In this document: positions 57,420 to 64,000 of the stretch, piece after piece | Layout of the letters: the number at the start of each line of letters is the position of its first letter | Numbering within the stretch: the first letter of the stretch is position 1 | Source: Candidatus Eiseniibacteriota bacterium | GTDB taxonomy: Bacteria; Eisenbacteria; RBG-16-71-46 | Reading direction: 5' to 3' | Assembly: GCA_031370785.1 (NCBI GenBank) | Contig: JANMQY010000079.1 | Span: forward strand, 32,001 to 96,000 | DNA: 64,000 nucleotides | Position numbers and translations under genes: made by a program | Notes under the pieces: generated by a model | The model's database searches: none | The model's input: the letters and a program-made list of their open reading frames with translations, nothing else | Told to the model about the DNA's origin: nothing

Positions 57420-58439
57420 ATGGACGACCGTTTTCTGCGTGACCATGCGCGCGACCCGGTACCTGAATTCGCGCGCGAGCTGGGCGATCGCCTGCGCCGG
57501 CAGGACGCGCCCGCGCTGGCTGGGCGGCGCTGGTCGATGCTGCCGGTGCGTGCGGCGCTCGGAACCGCCTTTGCGGTGGTGCTGATCGGCAGCCTGTTCG
57601 CATTCCCCGCCGCGCGCGACCAGGCGCAGGCGTTCCTCGACCAGTTCCGGGTGCGCAACTTCGCGGCGGTTTCGTTCGACATGGATCGGGTGCGCCAGCT
57701 GGAAGAGGGCAAGCTCGACCTGAAGGCGCTGCTCAGCGATCGGGTCGAGTCGCTGAAGGAACCGGGTACGCCTAAGGTCTACCCTTCGGCTCAGGCGGCC
57801 GGCGCCGCGGCCGGATTCCCCGCGGCCGTGCCCGGGATGCTGCCTGCCGGTCTCACCGCCGACACCGTGCTGGTGCGCGGTGAGGGCGCGGCGCGGCTCA
57901 CGGTCGACGTGCCGCGGCTGCAGCAGGTGCTGGATGCGCTCGAACTGAGCGACGTGCGCATCCCGGCGAACCTGAACGGGGCGCAGGTCACCGTGCGCAT
58001 GCCGCAGGCGGTGGTGCAGACCTTCACCAGCAACAGCCGGGAGGTCGTGCTGCTGCAGTCGCGCAGCCCGGAGGTCTCGCTTCCTCCGGGCGCCGACCTC
58101 GCGCAGCTCGGAGAGATCGGACTGCGCGTGCTCGGCCTGGATGCGACCGAGGCCCACCGCTTCGCGAGCAGCATCGACTGGCACAGCACGTTTCTGGTGC
58201 CGGTGCCGGCGAAAGAGGCCGAGTTCCGTCAGGTCGTGGTGAACGGCCACCCCGCGCTGATGGTGACCGCGAAGCCGGACGCCGGGCGGCCGCGGAAACC
58301 CGGGGTCGAACGCGAGGGCAGATGGCACGACGGCCGGGCGCGAAACGTTCTGCTGTGGTCCGACGGCGACATGGTGTATGCCCTGTGTGGCAACCTGAAC
58401 AGCGTGGACCTGATGCAGATGGCCGACTCCATCCGGTAA
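57420..58439 (+). CDS. Putative anti-sigma factor (single TM, extracytoplasmic domain)
   Basis: Directly after the ECF gene; short cytoplasmic N-terminus, one TM and a C-terminal LLWSDGDMVYAL.G. Confidence 0.65.
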   Translation: MDDRFLRDHARDPVPEFARELGDRLRRQDAPALAGRRWSMLPVRAALGTAFAVVLIGSLFAFPAARDQAQAFLDQFRVRNFAAVSFDMDRVRQLEEGKLDLKALLSDRVESLKEPGTPKVYPSAQAAGAAAGFPAAVPGMLPAGLTADTVLVRGEGAARLTVDVPRLQQVLDALELSDVRIPANLNGAQVTVRMPQAVVQTFTSNSREVVLLQSRSPEVSLPPGADLAQLGEIGLRVLGLDATEAHRFASSIDWHSTFLVPVPAKEAEFRQVVVNGHPALMVTAKPDAGRPRKPGVEREGRWHDGRARNVLLWSDGDMVYALCGNLNSVDLMQMADSIR

Positions 58440-58448
58440 GCGGGGCGA

Positions 58449-59369
58449 ATGGTCGCCAGCGTCGTCGAGACTCACGGGCTGCGCAGGCAGTTCGGAAGCA
58501 AGGTCGCAGTCGAAGATCTCTCCCTGACAGTCGGACGCGGGGAGATTTTCGGCTTTCTGGGCCCGAACGGCGCGGGCAAGACCACCTCGCTCAAGATGCT
58601 GCTCGGGCTCGTGCCTCCCTCGGCCGGCAGCGCGACCGTGCTCGGCGCACCGCTCGGCGACCGCCGCACGCGTGCGAAGCTCGGCTTCTTGCCCGAGCAC
58701 TTCCGCTTCCACGACTGGCTGACCGGGCGCGAGCTGCTCGAATTTCACGGACGCCTCTACGGCATCCCCGGGCACCGGCTCGCGCCGCGCATCGAGGCGC
58801 TGCTCGCACGCGTGGACCTGGCCGATGCCGCGCATCGCCGGCTGCGCGAATACAGCAAGGGCATGCTCCAGCGCATCGGGCTTGCGCAGGCCCTGCTCAA
58901 CGATCCCGAACTGGTGTTCCTGGACGAGCCTACCTCGGGACTCGATCCGCTGGGACGCCTGCTGGTGCGCGACATCATCGACGAGCTGCGCCGCGCGGGA
59001 ACCTCGGTGTTCCTGAACTCGCACCTGCTCGGTGAAGTCGAGGCCACCTGCGACCGGGTGGTGTTCGTGAAGGCGGGGCGCGCCGTGCACGAGCTCAAGC
59101 TCGGCGTGAGCGCGGGCGCGGATCTGGCGGTCGAGCTGCGCCTCGGGGCCCATGGCGCCGAGATCGTCCAGGGGCTCGCGCGCTTCGGCCAGATCGTCGC
59201 GGCGAGCGACGATCTGGTGCGGCTGCGGATCGAGCGCGACGAGACGCTGCCCGAGATCGCGCGCTGGCTCGTCGAGCGCGCCGTGCCGCTCTACGAGATG
59301 CGCGCGCAGCGCAAGTCGCTCGAGACCTGGTTCCTCGAGGTCATGGGCGAAGACCAGCGGCCGGGGTGA
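58449..59369 (+). CDS. ABC transporter ATP-binding protein
   Basis: GPNGAGKTT, YSKGMLQR, LDEPTSGLDP and NSHLL. Confidence 0.92.
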   Translation: MVASVVETHGLRRQFGSKVAVEDLSLTVGRGEIFGFLGPNGAGKTTSLKMLLGLVPPSAGSATVLGAPLGDRRTRAKLGFLPEHFRFHDWLTGRELLEFHGRLYGIPGHRLAPRIEALLARVDLADAAHRRLREYSKGMLQRIGLAQALLNDPELVFLDEPTSGLDPLGRLLVRDIIDELRRAGTSVFLNSHLLGEVEATCDRVVFVKAGRAVHELKLGVSAGADLAVELRLGAHGAEIVQGLARFGQIVAASDDLVRLRIERDETLPEIARWLVERAVPLYEMRAQRKSLETWFLEVMGEDQRPG

Positions 59370-60214
59370 TCGCGATGCGTCCATTTCTCGTCATGGTTCA
59401 CCTGACCCTGCACGAAGCGCTGCGCCGCCGGGTGCTGCTCGTGGTGCTGGTGTGCGGGCTGGCGTTCCTGACCCTCTACGGCATCGGCTTCCATTACGTC
59501 GAGCGCGATCTCGCGCGCCATGCGAGCGCGATGTCGCGATTCCAGCACCGCATGATGCTCAACTTTTTCATTCTCGCGGGGCTTTACGCGGTCAATTTCC
59601 TCACGATCATGACCGCGGTGCTTCTTCCGGTGGACACGCTGGCCGGCGAGATCGGCTCGGGAGTGATGCAGACCCTGGCCGCGAAACCCATCCGCCGCTC
59701 GGACATCGTGCTCGGCAAGTGGGCCGCGCACGTGCTGCTGGTCGCCGGCTACCTGCTGCTCATGGCGGGCGGCGTGCTGGTGGTGGCGCGCGCGCTCAGC
59801 GGCGTGACGCCGCCAGGGATCGCGATCGGCCTGCCGCTGATGATGCTCGAAGGCGCGCTGCTGGTGACTCTTTCGATCGCGGGCGGCACGCGATTCAGCA
59901 CGGTCACCAACGGGGTCGCGGTGTTCGGGCTCTACGGGCTCGCGTTCATCGGAAGCTGGGTCGAGCAGATCGGCACGCTCTCGGGGAACCAGGCGGCGCG
60001 CAACGTCGGCACGGTCGCGAGCCTGATCATGCCGAGCGAGGCGCTATGGCAGCTCGCCGCACACCACATGCAGCCGGCGATCATGCGCGACCTGCACCTG
60101 ACACCATTCTCACCAGCCTCGGTGCCGAGCGCGGCGATGGTGGCGTGGGCCGCCGGCTACCTCGTGCTCGTCCTGCTGGTCGCGCTCGGCCAGTTCAGGA
60201 AGCGCGCGCTCTAG
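59366..60214 (+). CDS. ABC-2 type transporter permease
   Basis: About 6 TM segments and EIGSG...LAAKPIRR..IVLGKW. Confidence 0.85.
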   Translation: MIAMRPFLVMVHLTLHEALRRRVLLVVLVCGLAFLTLYGIGFHYVERDLARHASAMSRFQHRMMLNFFILAGLYAVNFLTIMTAVLLPVDTLAGEIGSGVMQTLAAKPIRRSDIVLGKWAAHVLLVAGYLLLMAGGVLVVARALSGVTPPGIAIGLPLMMLEGALLVTLSIAGGTRFSTVTNGVAVFGLYGLAFIGSWVEQIGTLSGNQAARNVGTVASLIMPSEALWQLAAHHMQPAIMRDLHLTPFSPASVPSAAMVAWAAGYLVLVLLVALGQFRKRAL

Positions 60215-60282
60215 CGCGGGGAACTCGCTCTGGAGCGAGTTGCACACCGGCGCACCTCAACTGGCTCTGAAGCCAGTTGCAC

Positions 60283-61188
60283 CTACTGAACGTCGGGCGG
60301 GGTCACGTCCCAGCCTTCGGGGGGCGGGGCCTCGTTGCTCGATGCCTTCGGCTTCTTGCCGCAGTTGCAGTCGCCGCACTGGTGGTAGGGCCCCGGCGGC
60401 AGATCGGCGTAGGCGATTCGATGCTCGGCGCCGTCGCTGTCGCGGATCCACACCGCCTCCTGATAGGTCTCGGTGCGAATCACCGTGCACACGCCCTGTC
60501 CGGTCTTGAGCTGGGCGCCCGCGGGCGGAAGCTTTTCGGCGCTGTCGCGGTACTGCGCGAGCTCGTAGGCGAGGCAGCACATGAGCCGTCCGCACACTCC
60601 CGAGATCTTGCTCGGGTTGAGCGAGAGCTGCTGCTCGCGCGCCATGCGCAGCGTCACCGGATGGAAGTCCTTGAGCCAGGTCGAGCAGCAGAATGCGCGC
60701 CCGCACGGGCCGCACCCGTCCAGGCGCTTGGCCTGATCGCGCACCCCGATCTGACGCAGCTCGATCCGGGTCTGGAACTTCGCCGCCAGGTCCTTGACCA
60801 GGTCGCGGAAATCCACGCGGTGCTCGGCGGAGAAGTAGAACGTGATGCGGTGCCCGCTGAACGCGACCTCGACCTCGGAAAGGTCCATCGTCAGCTCGCG
60901 GGTCTCGATGCGCTTGCGGCACCAGTCGAAAGCCTCGCGCTCGCGCAGGCGGTTGTGGTCGATCTGGTCCAGGTCTTCCTCGGTGGCCTTGCGGATGATT
61001 TCGCGGGCCACGTTGCCGGGGCGCTTGAGCTGCACCAGCATCTGGTCCTTGAGGAAGACCAGGCCGTCGCTCTCGCCGTTCTCGGCCTGCACGATCACGG
61101 GATCGCGCAGCTTGAGCCAGAGATTCCGGGAATTGAGGAAGCATTCCTTCTTCGAGCCGCGCAGGGCCACCTGCACGATATCCGACAT
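60283..61188 (-). CDS. ricT: PSP1 domain protein RicT/YaaT
   Basis: FYFSAEHRVDFRDLVKDLA, RIELRQIGVRD, GPCGRAFCC and ISGVCGRLMCCLAYE. Confidence 0.9.
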   Translation of the reverse strand: MSDIVQVALRGSKKECFLNSRNLWLKLRDPVIVQAENGESDGLVFLKDQMLVQLKRPGNVAREIIRKATEEDLDQIDHNRLREREAFDWCRKRIETRELTMDLSEVEVAFSGHRITFYFSAEHRVDFRDLVKDLAAKFQTRIELRQIGVRDQAKRLDGCGPCGRAFCCSTWLKDFHPVTLRMAREQQLSLNPSKISGVCGRLMCCLAYELAQYRDSAEKLPPAGAQLKTGQGVCTVIRTETYQEAVWIRDSDGAEHRIAYADLPPGPYHQCGDCNCGKKPKASSNEAPPPEGWDVTPPDVQ

Positions 61189-61434
61189 CCGAAACCTCTA
61201 TGGGCGACTGGGAGTCGCCTGAAACGCCGGCTCGAGAATCCGACGGGTCGGTTTTCCAGCGGATCCGGCAGTTCGCGAATGCAGCGCCGGGCCGCCTTCG
61301 AGCGGTGAATCCGGACGCGGTGCCGCGCGTGCTGCCGGCTATCGAAAGATCCCGGTTGCCAGGGACCAGAAATTGGAACGCCGCCAGCATAGCGCACCGC
61401 AGGCCGCCTTGCAGCAATCCGGCGTGCGCGCCGC

Positions 61435-64000
61435 CTAGCCGGACGGCGCCGGTCCCGAGCCGTCGAGGACCTGGCGCAGCGTCTGAAGGAGCGCCTTGCC
61501 GCCGTACGGTTTCGGCAGGAACGCCGCGGCCCCGCCGGTCAGCGCCTCCGGGCTGTCCAGCGATTCGGCGGAGAACCCGCTCGACAGGATCACGCGCAGT
61601 CCCGGGGCGATCTCGCGCAGGACGGCCTGCACTTCGAGCCCCGAGCGCCCCGGCATGCTGAGATCGAGCAGCACGACCTGGATGTCGGCCGCGTGCGCGC
61701 GGACGGTCTCGATCGCCTCGTCTCCGGTGCGGGCGACCATCACCCGATAGCCGGAACCCGAAAGCGTTTTTGCGGCCAGCTGGCGCACCACCTGCTCGTC
61801 GTCCACCACCAGCACGGTCTCGGTGCCGCCCTGCGGGCGATCCGCCTTTCGCCGCGCCGGCAGCACGCGCTCGACCGAGCGCGGCAGCATCACGCGGAAG
61901 GTGGCCCCCTTCCCGACCGCGCTCTCGACCTCGATCCAGCCGCGATGGTTGGAGACGATGCCGTAGGCCATCGAGAGGCCGAGCCCGGTGCCGACGCCGA
62001 CCGACTTGGTGGTGAAGAACGGCTCGAAGATGCGCGGGATCACCTCCGGCGCCATGCCGCAGCCGGTATCGGCCACGCCGATCTCCACGAATTCTCCGGA
62101 GCGGGCCTCGGGATGGGTGCGCGGCGATTGCTCGTCAATCGCCAGGTTACGCGTCCAGATCGTGAGCGTGCCGCCGTCGGGCATTGCGTCGCGCGCGTTC
62201 ACGCACAGGTTCATCAGCACCTGCTGGATCTGTCCCGGGTCTGCCATCGCGCTCCACGCGTCGTTCTCGAGCTCGACCTTGAGTCGCACCCGAGAGGGCA
62301 GCGTCCGGTGCAGCAGCGCGGCGGTCTCTGCGACCGTGTCGTTGAGCAGCGTGGGCTCGGGATGGCTCGCCAGCCGGCGGCTGAATGCGAGCAGTCCGCG
62401 GGTGAGATCGGCGCAGCGTTCGGCGGCGCGCAGCGCGAGGCGCACGTGCTCCTGGCGCGGGTCGGCGCCGTCCAGCTCGTGGGCGAGCAGGTCCAGGTGG
62501 CCCATCACCCCGGTGAGCTGATTGTTGAAGTCGTGCGCCACCCCGCCCGCCAGCGTGCCCACCGTCTCCATCTTCTGCGCGTGCGCGAGCTGCCGCTCGA
62601 GATCGCGATGATCGGTGATGTCCGCCATCGATCCGACCATGGCGATGGCCTCGCCCTCGGGCGCGTAGCTGAAGAACGCGCGATCCCGGATCACGCGCCA
62701 GCGTCCGTCCGCGTGGCGCAGACGGTACTCGCAGTCGAACATGCGCCGCTCGTTCCGGCACGATGCCATCTCGGACATGACCCGCGCGAGGTCGTCGGGA
62801 TGGAGCCGCTTCTCCCATTCCTCGATACGATCCGGGAACGAGCTTGCCGAATAGCCGAGCACGGCCCCGAGGCTGCCGCTGCGCCGTGACTCGCCGGTCG
62901 CGATGTTCCACTCGTACACGATCTGGCCGGTCGCGGTCGCGACCGTCTGGAATCGCTCGCCCCAGTCGCGCAGCTCGTCGATGCGCCGCTGCAGCTCGCG
63001 ACGGTCCTGGATCACCGCGACCACCGCATCGAACGGCTCGCCGGGCGAGGTGATCACCGGCGCCGCGGCGATGTACACCGGGATACGCGTGCCGTCCTCG
63101 CGGATGTAGACGAGGTCTTCGAATTCTGCGGGGAGACCGCTGCGCATGACCACGGGAATCGGGCGCTCTTCGGGCGGGCACGGCGAGCCGTCGAGGTGCT
63201 CGAACTCCACCTGATCGAGATGGAGGGAGATGGCGTCGCCGGATTCGAGCGGAAAGCCGGACATCTCGGCGGCCTTGGGGTTCGCGAACAGTAGCCGCCG
63301 GTCGGTGCGCGAAACGGCGACGATCGCCAGCGGCAGCGCACGGAGCACCGCGTCGAACAGCGCCCGGGTCCGGGTCAGCTCGGTCTCGGTCGTCTCGATC
63401 CGGTCGGCCATGCGATCGAACGCCTCCCCGGCGCGGCGGATCTCGTCCCGGCCCCTGACGCCGCTGCGAGCCGACAGATCGCCCTGGCCCAGGCGGTCCG
63501 CCGCCTGCGCGATCGCGAACGCCGGCCGCAGCACCCGCGCTTCGAGCAGCAGCCACAGCGCGCCGAGGACGAGGCCGCTGAACAGCACGATCCACAGGGC
63601 TTCGAACAGCGCCTCGCGCATCGCCCCCGCGTAGGCGGACCTGTAGTCGAACAGCAGCAGCAGGTGAAAGGTGCCCTGCGCCGCGTGGACCGCGCAGGCG
63701 CCGAGCGCCCGGTGATCGGGGAGCGCCGTGACATGCAGCGAGTCGGATGTGAACCCGGTGGCGATGTCGGGCTGGTCGCGCGCGAGCGCGGTCTCAGCGA
63801 TCGGTTGTCCGCGCCAGCGCGAGTCCGACGCACCCATCACGATCCCACGATCATCCACCAGCGCGACACCACCGATGCTCGGCGTCAGCTCGACGAACTC
63901 CCGGAACATCGGATCGGGGGCCACCCCGGCATCGAGCAGGCGCTCGACCCCGAGCGCGAGCCGCTGCGTCGCCATCTTTGCCACCGAGATCGTGTCGTGG
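61435..64000 (-). CDS. Hybrid sensor kinase (HAMP-PAS-PAS-HisKA-HATPase-REC), CckA-like; 5' end beyond the window
   Basis: QKMETVGTLAGGVAHDFNN, NLCVNARDAMP, FEPFFTTK..G.GTGLGL and a C-terminal REC domain. Confidence 0.88.
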   Translation of the reverse strand, partial: HDTISVAKMATQRLALGVERLLDAGVAPDPMFREFVELTPSIGGVALVDDRGIVMGASDSRWRGQPIAETALARDQPDIATGFTSDSLHVTALPDHRALGACAVHAAQGTFHLLLLFDYRSAYAGAMREALFEALWIVLFSGLVLGALWLLLEARVLRPAFAIAQAADRLGQGDLSARSGVRGRDEIRRAGEAFDRMADRIETTETELTRTRALFDAVLRALPLAIVAVSRTDRRLLFANPKAAEMSGFPLESGDAISLHLDQVEFEHLDGSPCPPEERPIPVVMRSGLPAEFEDLVYIREDGTRIPVYIAAAPVITSPGEPFDAVVAVIQDRRELQRRIDELRDWGERFQTVATATGQIVYEWNIATGESRRSGSLGAVLGYSASSFPDRIEEWEKRLHPDDLARVMSEMASCRNERRMFDCEYRLRHADGRWRVIRDRAFFSYAPEGEAIAMVGSMADITDHRDLERQLAHAQKMETVGTLAGGVAHDFNNQLTGVMGHLDLLAHELDGADPRQEHVRLALRAAERCADLTRGLLAFSRRLASHPEPTLLNDTVAETAALLHRTLPSRVRLKVELENDAWSAMADPGQIQQVLMNLCVNARDAMPDGGTLTIWTRNLAIDEQSPRTHPEARSGEFVEIGVADTGCGMAPEVIPRIFEPFFTTKSVGVGTGLGLSMAYGIVSNHRGWIEVESAVGKGATFRVMLPRSVERVLPARRKADRPQGGTETVLVVDDEQVVRQLAAKTLSGSGYRVMVARTGDEAIETVRAHAADIQVVLLDLSMPGRSGLEVQAVLREIAPGLRVILSSGFSAESLDSPEALTGGAAAFLPKPYGGKALLQTLRQVLDGSGPAPSG

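Noticed and set aside
54992..57712. 906-aa MetRS ORF with long N-terminal extension
   Set aside because: The extension is antisense to the ECF sigma gene. Homology begins at GTG 56713, which has its own RBS and an upstream TATACT.

Overview
High-GC (visually about 70%) chromosomal segment from a diderm bacterium. The FlgD-like C-terminal domain, the C-terminal TWGxxKxxYR motif and the DUF222/HNH-like repeat family suggest Candidatus Eisenbacteria or a related FCB-group lineage (inference). Layout: (1) 1-14.7 kb is a phosphate/polyphosphate island with an anion ABC permease, phoB-phoR, sixA, two tandem thymidylate-kinase-like genes, a CHAD protein, ppx and porin-pstSCAB-phoU behind a Pho box. 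It has no ppk1/ppk2, so the Tmk-like pair is a strong candidate heteromeric polyphosphate kinase. (2) 15.2-23.2 kb is a tightly coupled seven-gene poly-gamma-glutamate operon: Asp-box propeller, pgsB, pgsC, pgsW, a secreted two-repeat protein, an OM beta-barrel and a heme-c lipoprotein. It looks like an undescribed diderm PGA synthesis/export apparatus. (3) 23-50 kb holds envelope and housekeeping genes, including tandem TSP3-OmpA paralogs and two adjacent carbohydrate-enzyme folds that appear catalytically dead. (4) 50-64 kb has decayed HNH and Zn-ribbon genes, then rsmA-HEAT-tatD-metG, an inverted ECF/anti-sigma/ABC cassette, ricT and a hybrid kinase. Several genes appear leaderless. No rRNA, tRNA, CRISPR array or intact transposase was seen.
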